From contig CM120641.1 of assembly GCA_051362555.1 (NCBI GenBank), forward strand, positions 36,710,401-36,774,400: DNA of 64,000 bases. Direction: 5' to 3'. Shown here piece by piece: positions 1 to 12,676 of this stretch; positions within the stretch are counted from its first letter, which is position 1; each line of letters opens with the position of its first letter. A program made the translations under genes and the position numbers. Below the pieces are notes generated by a model. The model was not told the origin of the DNA, did no database searches, and saw only the letters and a list, made by a program, of their open reading frames with translations. Origin of the DNA: Lingula anatina (lineage: Eukaryota; Animalia; Brachiopoda).

Positions 1-83
1 GGTTGCTTCCTGTACCTGATACTTGGTACTAATTTAGGTACATAACATACCAGTACAAATATAATTATTTCCCCCTTTTAAAG

Positions 84-3000
84 ATGACATCTGGTGGCAC
101 AGAGAGTATACTCATGGCATGTAAAACATTCAGGGACAGAGCATATGAAAAAGGCATTAAGTTCCCAGAGATGTAAGCTTTGATTCATATTCTCATTATA
201 CTTGTATACCTTTTGTTAATGTTTAATTGTTGGTATAAAATATAATCTTTGTACAAGGTTAAAATGGGATTAAGCACATTATTAGTGAAACTACAACCCG
301 TTGTTTATCATACATTTAGCTGTATAAAATTGGTCCCTGGTTTTAAAACCCTTGTGTTTAAAGCAGACTTAATCATAATGAAAAATACAGATGTGTTATC
401 CACCAGTAACTTTTGTTTTTTCTTTTTTGCTAAAATTTTATTGAACATGTTTCAGGCTAGTTCCAGTTACTGCACATGCAGCTTTTGACAAAGTAAGTAT
501 CCCAGGGGTTACCTCATAACTGTTGTTAAATTATTTAACTTAATGATATGTTAACAGTAATTTATATGAGTCTCATTACAAATGTTTGAATATTGTCTAT
601 TTCAGGCTGCACATGCATTCCGAATAAAAATAAAGCATATTCCAGTCGACTCTTTCACAATGCAGGTGGATGTTGATGCAATGAAGAAGGCTATATCAAG
701 AAATACTTGTATGGTGAGTTGGCAGTACTATACACAATGTGTGCACAATTCAGTGTACACTTACATGTATTTTTTATGCATCTAAGTTAATTAGCTGTAT
801 AAAACAATTGCAAAAAAAAATTCAGAAATGACTCAATTTCAAATTAAACTTGATTATGTGTGTCTTGATACTTTCAGCTCGTTGGATCTGCTCCTGGTTT
901 TCCACATGGAATAATGGACCCTATTGAAGAAATTTCAAAGGCAAGAGGCTTCTCAGTAAATTGATTAGAAATAGGTGTACCTCTCTTTGCTCCATTTCAC
1001 ATTTAAAAAGAGAAACAGTGGTAGCTTCTGGCTAGTGTCTCACCAATTTTAAAATCTAGGTTGTAAACGGCTCAGTCTGAGACATGGTTTTATTTGCAAT
1101 CCTAGTATGTTCACCTTTGTGAGTAGATATGAAAAACATGAGAAGAAATCATTATGAAAATGTATTAGATTGGCAGTTTTTACATATTATTAATAGATCA
1201 TCATTCTTATTGTAGCTTGGAGTTAAGTATGATATTCCAGTCCATGTGGATTCCTGTCTGGGAGGTTTTCTTGTACCATTCATGGACAAGGCTGGATTTC
1301 CCTTAGCTCCATTTGACTTTAGGCTTCCTGGGGTAACCAGTATCTCTGCAGATACCCATAAGGTAGGGAATTATTGAAGAGAAGCTTATATTCATGCACA
1401 GTGCTATGTCCAGTTTCTATACAGTAACACAATGTAAGAGGCAGGGTAGGTACAGGAGTCCTTTGGTAATGTTATTTACATGATTTAACATACTTATTAT
1501 TACTTTTTTATGCTTTACCTAATTGTGCTCACTTAGAAAATTAAAAAGAGTAGTGATTTATTAGTCTGATCAAGTACACAAAAACATGTTTTTGTTTTCC
1601 AAATTTAATGTAACAGGGATCAAATAGACTAGAACTTTGCTCTGCACATTTACATGTTATTCAGTTTTTGTGGTCTTGAAAAGTACTTGCAATTGCTATT
1701 AGCCTTGAAATGGACTTTGTTTACCATGACTGCCTTTGAAAAGTGATTGAGAGCTAAAGACTTATCATTAATTTTCAGTATGGGTATGCACCAAAGGGAT
1801 CCTCAGTGGTTCTGTATTCAAACAAAAATATAAGGCTATACCAGTATTTTGTGGCCCCAGACTGGCCTGGTGGTATCTATGCAACAGCTACTCTGGCAGG
1901 TAAAACAGAATAATAAAATGATGAAATATCATATATTGAATCAAAGATTTGTAAATTAGGGAAGAATTTAAGGTAGCACCTAGAAGCTGAGACTCTGTCC
2001 TTGGTACCATCTCATAAAACCAAAAAATAAATTAAAAAAGGAAAAAAAAAACATCATGGATAATTTAGAAGCATTTAATGGACTTGTATTGCTTTGACAT
2101 ATCCCATTATATTGAATAAGTGTGTTGATTTAATTTATGAGCTATTTTATTTTCTTCCTGTAGGAAGCCGTGCTGGTGCAATAGTGGCAGCTTGCTGGGC
2201 TACCATGGTGTATATAGGAGAACAGGGCTACATTAATTCTACCAGACAAATTATTCAAACCAGACAATATATTGAAGATGGGTAAGTTTGGCCTCAGATT
2301 AACAAGTTAAATTGTCCTTCCCTTACAATGACCATGTAGCTTTTCATAAAAGATAAAAAAAATAAAAATGTATGTTGTGTACAGATATTGTAATTTTTTT
2401 TCCAAATATGTAAGTATCATTCACCCCATAAGTGTTATTGTTTTACTCACTGAACTGCATGTCAAATCTAAAAGTCTCTTTGTTGTTTCAAAAGTTTTTG
2501 CATATTTTGTGGTATGTACTAGGATTTTCACATCTTCATTACAAACAGCTCCTTATTAGTACCACCAGCGTGTACGCTGGCAGTACTCATGGTTTTAGTC
2601 CCGACCCGTCTCGTATGGCTCTGCCGGCTCCTGCGGCTCCGCCGGCTCCGCGTACTGGCGCCGGATACAAGTCACCGTTACCGCTTCTCCTCCTAGACTG
2701 CAAGGACCCATGTCCCCATCTCTTGGATTTAGGTCACATATAATCTCAACTTGAACCCCCTGTTCTTTTTGTCTCAGTCAGTGCATTGGCCTGGGCATGA
2801 CGCTCGTTGAAACACACCCTTGTCAAAATTTTTGAAAATTCAATGCTAAATATCACCCAAATCGAAGGAATTATGGGAAAAATTACTACAGAAGTCTGAC
2901 CGAAAGTCATATGTGAAGATTCCAAATATGCCCTTGGATTTGACTTTTGACCTTTATTTCAAGGTCAAACGGGCTAAAATTTTCTAAAAATCTTAATTTT

Positions 3001-5270
3001 TTGCGAAATTTTTTTTATTTCTGCTGATTTTCAGAAACTACACAGATCTAACCTAAAATATAATGGGTAGTTGTTACCCTTTGGGTCATCTTTAATCTTT
3101 TTGAGTTTGGGGTCAATCGGTGCATTTTCATGGGAGTAGCGGCCATTAGATCCCGAAACTGAAAACTTTCTCTAGTTCTGGAACCGTTAATGCTAGAGAC
3201 CTCTTGTTTTTTGCATTTTGTAGAGCTTATCAAGTGCAACACAGAAGGTGGTGTCCATTTTTCCTTTTTCCATTCGGCTTAGGCGTTGCATTGTATCAAA
3301 AAGTTCAGCATCCGATATTCATTGGTGAAAATAAAATGTGAAATACTCCAAAATTAGCTGAGATACGCCCATAGTTACTATTGAACTTGAATAGGAAGTC
3401 GTATACTGGTAATCTGACTGTGACCTTGAAATTGACCTTTGACCTACTTTTCACCATGAACTGCACTTTGCAAGTTTTCTGATCTTTATATCTCCAAAAC
3501 TGGCAAAGATTCGTCCGTAGGTACTATTGAACTTGAATAGGAAGTCATATACTGGCAATTTACTGTGATCCTGAAATTGACCTTTGACCTAATTTTCACC
3601 ATGAACTAAACTTTGCGAACTTTCCAGACCTTATATCTCTAAAACTATCAGAGATACGCCCATAGTTACAGTTGAACTTGAGTAGGAAGTCATATACTGG
3701 CAATCTTACTGTGACCTTGAAATTGACCTTTGACCTACTTTTTCACCATGAACTAAACTTTGCATATTTTCTTGCCTCTCACATCTTCAAAACTAGCAGA
3801 GATATGCCCAGTGTTGCCCCTTGGTTTTCTTTTTTATCAGCAAATATGCAACACTGATAATACATTTCGAGGAAAACCAATAGGCCTTTTGTCTAGAAAC
3901 TCACAGGAGTGATCAATGTGAGGAAAATACAGGTCAATTCGAAAATTGATAGGACCATTTTTACAGTTATGTTTTTTTTTCTTTCTTTTTTTTTCTTTTT
4001 TTTTTTTTTTTTTGGATATTTTGAGTATTCTTGTTTTTTGCATTTTATGGAGCTTGTCAAGAACAAGACTAGTAGTGGTGTCCCTTTTTTTTCGGTTTTC
4101 CATACGAATGAGCTTACTCCAGCTGGTGGTACAATATCCAGAGGCGGTATCGCCTCTCTGATCCTCTAGTTTTGTAATGTGTTAAAGCTACTATTTTGAA
4201 TTTTTTCAGACTGCGCCAGATAGAAGGCCTCTTTGTATATGGAAAGCCATCCGTCAGTGTGATTGGTTTTGGATCTCTGGACTTCAATATCTACAGACTT
4301 TCTGATATGCTTACTTCTAAGGGCTGGAACCTGAATGCTTTGCAATTCCCATCTAGGTGAACTATATTATACTGTCCTCTACTTTCTTATTTCTCTTTAC
4401 AGTGATATCAGATTTGCTCTCTTTTTTTAATCCAAGTATGAATATCTGGTGGTCAAACCCATTTTGATACAAAGATATGCAGATCTTCAAAGAAGTTTGT
4501 CTCTGAACTCATAAGCATCTTATTAACAATCTTCTTCATATATGATAATTGAAAATAATAAGTTTGCATATATTTAAAAGTGATGTGTTTATTTATTTGT
4601 TATTTACTCTATAAAAATAATAATGCATTATTATTAGTAATAATAGTAGTGCGATAAATAGTTTTAAGAGTATTTTTCTTTACAAAGAAGACACAAACTG
4701 AGTGTTGATGTGACATCATTCCAGTGTTCATCTCTGTGTTACCCTCCTGCACACCAAGCCTGGTGTTGCTGATCACTTTCTACAGGAAGTACGCCAGTGC
4801 ACTGCTGCCATCCTGAAGGATCCCAATGCCAAGTGTGGGGGAATGGTGAGTTGATCTGCAGTTGATATTATTGTCAGGGAAATGTTGTCTTTTTCTTTCC
4901 TTTACCTTCAGTTGTTTAATTTTATTTTCATGTTGACAGCTCAGAATGACTGTTTGGTATTTTTATTTGTTGTGATTCGTTGCACTATTGATAAATAACA
5001 TTTTGATTGTCTTTTTCAGCTTGTGTTCTATTATACCATTGTTGTAATACTAGTTTCTCTGCATAGTGAGTGAAAAAAAATAACATGCCTTCAAGATGTT
5101 ACATTTTATGATCTAAAATGTATCAATATCTTTGGTAGGGAGCTATCTATGGCATGGCCCAAAGTATCCCAGACCGTTCCCTGGTGTCTGAGATGGTCCA
5201 CTGTTTCCTAGATGGCACCACCAGCACAGGCCCAAGTACCTCCAACATGACTAATGGGTCAACACATTGA
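84..5270 (+). CDS. SGPL1: Sphingosine-1-phosphate lyase, 3' part (10 exons; 5' exons lie before the window)
   Basis: Exons 84-172, 456-492, 606-713, 878-940, 1216-1362, 1779-1899, 2164-2281, 4210-4356, 4725-4845 and 5139-5270 (TGA) join in frame at AG/GT sites (one GC donor). Translation gives [56 protein letters not shown] (PLP-binding Lys motif), [10 protein letters not shown] and GAIYGMAQ, matching human SGPL1 motifs as recalled. Confidence 0.96.
2553..4170 (+). mobile_element. Non-autonomous Helitron/Helentron-type element (HINE/DINE-like) in an SGPL1 intron
   Basis: Subterminal inverted repeats GTACCACCAGC (2559-2569) and GCTGGTGGTAC (4122-4132); 5' hairpin CCAGCGTGTACGCTGG; GC-rich simple repeats near the 5' end; 3' hairpin AGAGGCG-GTAT-CGCCTCT (4140-4157) then CTAG(T) at 4166-4170; internal tandem repeats. 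Confidence 0.75.
3361..3812. repeat. Three ~146-bp tandem repeats plus a partial unit inside the HINE-like element
   Basis: Units begin AGATACGCCCATAGTTAC-like at 3361, 3507, 3652 and 3800; shared core TGACCTTGAAATTGACCTTTGACCTA. Confidence 0.9.
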
Positions 5271-7261
5271 GGACAGTAAAACACTGATCAAACTAGATTC
5301 TCCATATTTTTAATGCACTTGCTCACTTTAGCATGATTTTGTAGGCAAATTATCATGAGAATATCAGATTATTAATAATATATTGTCAGTAGACATAAAA
5401 ATTCAGAATTTGCATTTTTCAAGCCATATGTATTTGGCATATTTATCATGAGAAATGTGTGTTATAGCATAATTCAATTATGAAAGGTTTTAAAGTCTGT
5501 TATACATTTCTGCGTAGCATATGTCCCATTGAAATGAGATGCAAAGAAAGGCTTTGGTTTCATGGAATGTGTAATATAGAATGCATTCCGAACAAATGAT
5601 CCATAGACTTACTGATCCGCAAACTAAATATGGCCGACCTCGCCATCTCGCCATTAAACGGACTAAATATCGGCTCCGAAGTTTAATTGCAAGGCCCCTG
5701 CAGGGACCATGCGTGTGGAAGTGGGTAGACCTTCAGGGGCTTGAATGGCTTTCTTTTATTTGGGTCGGCCTTAATTGATCAACAGATCAGTTTGGCCTCG
5801 GATCTGCTTTCTTTTAATGCGTTCATAGTATGCACAGAACAAATTTTGGATCATCTTTATCACAAGGTATCAGGTACGTACAAGTAATTATTAGAAATTG
5901 TACAAAAGGCTATATTTGTTATATCTATCAGATTTGTGTTTTCCTCTTGAAGTGTTTAGTCAAACTTATTCACAAGAAGGTGGTTGTCTAGCACATAGAT
6001 ATGTTGACTATGCCCAGTTTACACCAGGCTGCAACCTTCTCACAATCACAAAATTTTTGGTATGTGGCACAAGTCTCAGCAGTTTTCTGCCTTGGTTGCC
6101 CATTCCTGTATTAGACAAAACCTCAAGCTCTCTGTAATGCTTACATGTGAAACATTCCTCAAAAGTACTGTGACCAGGCACTGCCACACGCTGAGTGGAT
6201 TGGGAGTGTATTACAACCTGTGGTTCCCACTGGAGAGTGAGCTGAGACTTGCAAGAATTAGTCACGCCATGATTATAATGTCTTGTGATGGTCAGTAATT
6301 GCAATACTTGTAGGTGTTTTAAACAGTTCCATTTCCAAGGTCACTAATGAAAAGTTGTGCAAATCAAGGGAGAGGTCTTGGGAGACTATTGAACTCAATT
6401 GGATACCCTAGGCCAGTCCTTTGTGACAGATGATAAGGTTGGACAAAGAATAAATCTCCAAATGGTTGCAAGCCCAAGGTAAACGGGTTGTAAAGGTGAA
6501 AGAGTAATTACTGAATATATTTGTTATAGTATATTGTGTGTTATTTTTCAGGGTAGTGAACAGTTTTCCAATACTGAAATTTCTGTTGTTATATTCTGTT
6601 GTTTACTAAATCGCTTGATACCTCTCAACATGATGTTATTTTAATGTAATGTTTCATATTAATATATACTATAATATGTTTGCATTATAAGTGAACAATT
6701 ATTCCTTGCTGAAGATTTTGAATTTTCACTCGTATCACTCTGCTGTCATGCTGAAGACGCATTCAGAAAGTGTTAAATTATCATATTAATTGCCTTGAAA
6801 GAGGAGTTTCTCAGTTGATGTAATAATGTTAGGGGAAAATTTCCTCCTTCACTATACGTAACATTTTGTTTTGCCATCCCGGTGAATTCCACAAGTGTAA
6901 GATGTAACAATGGTCTATGGAGCTGCCATTACAGTACATTTCATAGGTAATTGTACATGTAAATGAATTAATTCAACAAAGTTCAGTTATGATTAAGTGC
7001 CTTTCATTTAACTTAATCTTGCATTTGTTCAATTTTATCTGCACATAGTAATCTCACCAAAAGAAAATACAGTGCATTATGGGTACTTTAAGTCGAATTT
7101 TAGTTAAGTGATGATTTTATGAATTTGAACTATTAAATTTTTTATATTAAGCTTTTTGTGAATTGAATTAGAATTACAGCAGCTGTTTTGACTAACATGA
7201 TGCAATATTCCCTAAATAGGAACCACAATAGCATAATCTTATCTGATTAGGTTGCATAAAT

Positions 7262-7419
7262 TGATCCGGAAAAGATTGTAGTGAATCTGTTAGAAAACTG
7301 TGTTCTTACATTTAGATTATCTGCTTTGTGTTATTTCCTATGATCTGGAAAAATTGTAGTGAATCTGTTAGAAAACTGTGTTCATACATTTAGATTATCT
7401 GCTTTGTGTTATTTCCTAT
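7262..7419. repeat. ~79-bp direct tandem duplication
   Basis: TGATC.GGAAAA.ATTGTAGTGAATCTGTTAGAAAACTGTGTTC.TACATTTAGATTATCTGCTTTGTGTTATTTCCTA occurs at 7262 and again at 7341. Confidence 0.9.
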
Positions 7420-7763
7420 GTGTGCCATGTGTTTTACATCTTTTATATGAAACTTAAGATGTGCAACAACAATGCAAAAAATTATCGTTTTGAAAGACTT
7501 ACACAAATAAAGAGTAAATAGATACCTTTAAGATAAAAATCGACTCCTACTTGATCACTTACAGTAAAGTATAATTTTAACAAGGCAAATGTCATTTTTA
7601 CATCTGCCAAATCAAAGCCTTGGTACTGTTAACATTTCAAAGGATGCACTAGATTGTAATATTGGTTATAATGTTGTCGCATTTAGAATTAGCAATTTGT
7701 TATAACACATTTCTGTGACATAAAAGGAAAACATACAAATAGGTAATTGTGATCTTTGTGGGT

Positions 7764-7766
<3 letters not shown>

Positions 7767-7818
<52 letters not shown>
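7767..7818. repeat. Poly(T) tract, ~52 nt
   Basis: Uninterrupted T run; the paralogous site (~18770) has only a short T run. Confidence 0.9.
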
Positions 7819-7820
<2 letters not shown>

Positions 7821-7968
7821 GTCATTGATATGTATGACACAAGATAAAATGAAGAATCGATAGTTTTCATTCAAAAAGATAATACGTATTGTTTTATAAT
7901 ACAATCTACAAGAGTACAAAAGAGTCGGCACGAAGGTGTCGTCTTCTGTCCTGCTGCCAACCTATGTA

Positions 7969-8964
7969 GATAGATAGATAGATTTTTATTTTACCATCTC
8001 CGAGCAGAATACAATATTTAACAAAACAAAACAAAAAGTACATTACATATACAGTTAATCCTCCGACCTTTCCGTCTCTGACAACATAAAACATCTATGG
8101 GCATAATTAGCCATTGTATTAATGTCACCCGTATTGTTAAAGAAAGACGTTATGTCTGAAAAGTCTAGTCTATTGTAGTCTTCTCTTAACTGTTTCGTTT
8201 TTTGACAGAAACAAATTACATGCTCTTCCATCTGAACATCAGTTCCACATGTACAGTCTCATATTTCTGGGGCGGCGTGACCAACTCCCCGTTTCAATAG
8301 CTAAACTATGAGCACTTAGACGTAATCGAGAACAGGCTATCCTGCCCCGTTCCCTGAGACTGTATATCGTGTATAGACAAGTTAGGATTCATTTTAAAGT
8401 ATGTAACAGATTAATTCTGATTGAATTTCTAATTCGATTCTTTATTTTGGCTCTATTTGTCTCTATAATGTTATTGGAGTTAACCACTTTGGTCAGAAAT
8501 CGGGCTCCCCTGGTGCCGTTGTCGTTACAAAGCCGCCACACATGCATAAAAGGATCGTCCACCATGCCAGATCGTGTCTGAAGAATCATATAGGTCATAT
8601 AGGATCTTTGTGCAGCGCGTACTCTGGCGCTTAGTTCGGGTATTCCTAATTCGGCTAGTGTTAAGTCATTAGGAGTGCTCTGCCTGACACTTAATAAAGT
8701 TTTGATAATTGCGTAATAGGACGACTGACCTGTTTTATAACTTGAACATAGCCAGGATTCACAGCCATACAGCACCGAAGATATTAATGCTGCTTCCATG
8801 ACCTTTTTCTTTATAGGGAATGGGAAGTCCGCGTTTTTCGAAATAAAAGACGCAAACTTTAAAAGTTGAGATTGTTTTGTGGGAATTTGTTGTCTGACCG
8901 CTTCCACACAACCACCAGTCTGACTAAACATTACCCCTAGATATGTATACACTTTACCATTTTT
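7969..8964 (-). mobile_element. 5'-truncated, frameshifted non-LTR retrotransposon (LINE 3' end, possibly RTE-X-like)
   Basis: ORF 8389-8952 has RT C-terminal motifs YTYLG and VLYGCESW. Downstream frames give SRLRLSAHSLAIETG and CTC...EEHVICFC (CCHC-like). The element ends in AATAAAAA plus a (TCTA)n tail. It is absent from the paralogous site at ~18930-18950. Clade assignment is tentative. Confidence 0.85.
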
Positions 8965-9148
8965 AACCTGTACACTTATTTTTGGCCTTCTTTTTTTAAT
9001 GCCCTTTAGCTACAGTTATTAAATTACACTCATGGTAAAACGGAGAATAAAGGCTTTAATCAAGCAAATGGAATTAATTTTGGGAGACATATTTGATACA
9101 AAAGTTTAAAACTGGCTTTAATTGGCTTGGTTATTTATATACCAAACT

Positions 9149-10668
9149 TCATTCTTTTATCGCTGTTATCAACCTATCCCAGTCAACTGGGCTCCGCAAT
9201 GGGACGATTCTCTTAAACTGAACAGGCATTTTTACATGGTCAGGATTACCCCACACAACAGGTATGACAGAACATGACTGCCTGGCAAAATCTGCATCTA
9301 CCGCATGGTTGATTTCCACTGCCTTGACCTGCTCATCAAAATGCTCAGTGAGAAGAGCAATGATTTTCCGAGACTTTCTCATATTGGTTAGAGCTTCTTT
9401 TAGCTCAAAATGCCCTGGGATGTAGTCTCTAGAGGCGAAACACACCTATTCAAGATTATAAGAAAGAGAATAGATTTATATGACAAATAAAATGAAAAAT
9501 GACAAATTTCGTCAAAAATTAGTAATCCTACATTTTGTAGAGCCTATTTTATATTTGGCAAGAAACTGACCAATTTTGTACAGTTGAGTATAAGACTTTA
9601 CAACATATGCCAATGTATTTATTTATGGCCCCTCCATCCCAGTGTACCACAAACTTTCACAGCCCCATTCACAACAAGAAAGAAGGCAACGGTTGTTTGA
9701 GATTTGGCCAAACAAGGCCGCTTTTATTATATAACCCCACTATCTTAATTATTTTAACAATGTAACAAAAGGTTGCCTGTATTAAATGTTATGGCCTAAA
9801 GGATAAAAAATATAGGGGTGGGCAGTGGACGAAAAACGTTTCTTTTGCGTCTGTCAGGAATATTTCTCACCTTAAGCTCAGCCTTTTTCTCTAGTTTTGG
9901 CAAAAACTCGTCAGTTATCACCTTTTCATCTTCCTCAGATCCAGAGTAAAGCATAAAAACGTCAAAAACTGGCGTTTCTCTGGTTAAGACATCTGTCATA
10001 TGACAACCAGCTGAAACGAAAAGACAATCATTTAGAATAAATGCACTCTACATCAATACGTAAAATACGAACAATTAACTCGCCATTACACTCACCAACA
10101 GACTGAATTTTTTACCTTATTTTCTTTATAATTTGTGGTTTTTCCGTGATCGTTGGCACCTGTCCCTTATTTTCAGCTTCTTTTTCCAAGCTACATTTGT
10201 AGAATATACGGCAGTATACAAAAATCATCGTGCATTTTCACAGACATTAAGAATCTAAAAATTGTGAATTCATATATATCTTTTTCCTTCTTTTATGGTC
10301 TGCCATCTGATAATTCCACTTACCTTCTACTTTACCCCATTCTATTTTGGAAAAGATCTTGGGATCAACCGATCGATTATCGCCAAATCGAACCTCAAAC
10401 TTGGCCTCCTTCAATGTTCGAACAACTTTCTGGCCCAGCCGGTTTGAATGCAGGCAACATAATCTCAATTTCGGTAGTTTTGCCAGCTTTTCCGCAGGAA
10501 TATCCTGCAGGCGATTTTCTGACACACAAATAACCTCAAGGGACTTCACATTTCCGAGAGACTCTGGGAGACGCCTTAATTGGTTCTGTTTCAATCTGAT
10601 GTACTTCAGACTCTGAAAGTAAAGGTAGATGTACAAAGGCCTAAAATTTCTTTGATGGTGCTTGGGTC

Positions 10669-10714
<46 letters not shown>

Positions 10715-12606
10715 CACTGGTGATTCAATAATGTCATGTCTATATCCATTAATGCAAGCAATGAATACCTCAAAGTTAAAAAAATCCATCAAACTTTTCG
10801 TTTTACTTGCAGGTCTATTCAAGGTACCCTAGGTTCTAGATTCCGGTATTGCCAGCTCGATCTTGATTTCATATATAACCCATATCAACAATACCGTAGT
10901 ACGACCTAGTAAAAGTACTCCATCACAAGGTATATATTTAACAAGCTAGCTTTAACGTTGCTCTGACACTCAGGGTAATTCAAGGTCGCTTACAAAAATG
11001 GCAAATAAACTGTGTGAAAGCACGTACCTGTAGCTGATCAATATCATTGGGTAAAACCTGTAATTCATTGTAGGACCCGTCGAAAATGATCAATTCTTCC
11101 AACTTGAGAATATTTGGAGTCAACTCCCTGATGTAATTGGCGTTTAGATACAGCGCCTTCAGTTTTAAGCATTTGAAGTCCAGGTGCCCTAAAACATAGT
11201 TTTATTTTAGAAATTACGTGCTTTGTATTGGCAAATAATAGTAATGCATTTTCATTGTACATGTAATATCTGTAATATGCGTACTTAGTTTATTGCTACG
11301 GGTGTCATAGGATAATACGACATTGACTGAAAACGCCGATCCATTTAACTCTCTTTTATAGTCTGACGTTCATTTCTTTCTGACGGAAACTGACATGGAA
11401 CGAAATTAAGAATAAAGCACGTCCAAGGGAAAAAACATAGTTGTTTTATTTAACGGTGAAACGCTTATATGGTCCCCCGGAAAATTTAATGTTTTTCTCT
11501 TTCAATTCCACTAATCTTTCAAGTTATACAGTAAAGTATAGGAGATGTGGTGTGGTAACCATGGACGGTGGTTTTACTACCGAGTTACTACCTTAGTTGT
11601 GAAGAGGATATTTTTACGTGAAATACTTGAAAAAATCAATAAAGCTTAAACTTTGTCATGTTATTGATTCTCACGCTCCAGTTTTCATAAAAACTGACGT
11701 TTTCATATTTCAAACAAAATATATTGTTTTTGTCATAGTTCTATAAAAAAAATTCTAAGGAAGTCATGTTCCAATGCCCCTGTGTTATTTTTCTGATTCT
11801 TACAAAGATTGGTACTTAAGTCTATATATGTATATGTAAAGGCAACATGGTAATAAAAAGGTGAAAAGAATTTCTGACAACTTGAGACGACCTATAATGA
11901 TAAGCCTATATTCAAGTAGGAGTCTACAGTGCGTGGATAAACACACCTCAATTTAGGTCACATAGAAGAAACGAACATCTGAAATATAAGCAGACATATA
12001 TTTTAACGTACCTATTCCATCATCTGTCAGTTGATTCTTGCTCATATCGAGATGTTCCAGTCCTCGTAATCGAGCTATGACGTCAGGGATCTTCGTAAAA
12101 CGATTACCTCCTAGTTGCAGCTTTTTCAAATTTTGCAAGACTCGCATTGCGTCTGGCAGATCCACCAGGTTATTGCCTGTTAAATAAAGACAATCTAAAT
12201 TCTCCGTGAAGATGCAATTCTCTCCGTGCAAGTTGGGGATACAAGGCAGCTTCAGAAAACTCAATGACAATACTTGTAGTTTGGGCATGCTAACGAGGCG
12301 GTCCCAAACTTTGTCATAATTCTTCTCTTGAATGATTTGATTGACATGGTCTTCTGGTAAATCAGATGAAACAAAGAGCTCGGTAAGACGATCGGGATCA
12401 GCGCAGCCATCTTTGTCAAAGGGAGGTGACAATGGCTCGTCTTCTCTAATGTCGCGTTGAAACACGTACTCATGTACACAACTGAAAGATATTTGGTCTT
12501 CATTTACTTTCGCCACAGCAGAATCGTCTCTGTCATTGCTTACTGAACTCTCAATAGTTCCAGTTGAGAGCCGACTTTGCTCTACATCATCCATTTTGCT
12601 ACACAT
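9149..12606 (-). CDS. LRR-TIR protein, copy A (5 exons, ~490 aa; no signal peptide or transmembrane helix)
   Basis: Exons 12606-12012 (start may be 12594, context CAAAATGG), 11188-11028, 10612-10324, 10010-9871 and 9445-9149 join in frame (phases 1,0,1,0) with GT-AG introns, 1482 nt total. About 9 LxxLxLxxN repeats are followed by TIR motifs FDVFMLYS, RDYIPG and SRKIIALLT. Confidence 0.88.
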
Positions 12607-12656
12607 TTGAAGAGAGTGGAGGTATTACTCGCAGACTTGCGGTCCGCATTACAGGT

Positions 12657-12676
12657 ATGACGTGTAGGAAATTTCC
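12657..12676. promoter_or_regulatory. Candidate NF-kB site (GGAAATTTCC) next to a CRE-like TGACGT, upstream of LRR-TIR copy A
   Basis: Palindromic GGAAATTTCC at 12667-12676, ~60 bp from the ATG; TGACGT at 12658-12663. Motif match only. Confidence 0.4.

Noticed and set aside
5575-5860. GC-richer segment with weak inverted ends after SGPL1 (possible old MITE)
   Set aside because: The inverted repeats are too degenerate and no target duplication is visible.
5898-6304. Overlapping short ORFs downstream of SGPL1
   Set aside because: No recognisable motif or consistent splice structure; probably 3' UTR or decayed repeat.
10096-10190. Possible hidden exon in LRR-TIR intron 3 (AG…GTGAGT, similar sequence in copy B)
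   Set aside because: It is 95 nt, has an in-frame stop in copy A, the frame is not kept in copy B, and it is hydrophilic, so it cannot supply a transmembrane helix.
10613-10822. Poly-Asn N-terminal extension of ORF 10247-10822
   Set aside because: Intronic (AAT)n microsatellite upstream of the exon-3 acceptor; not conserved in copy B.
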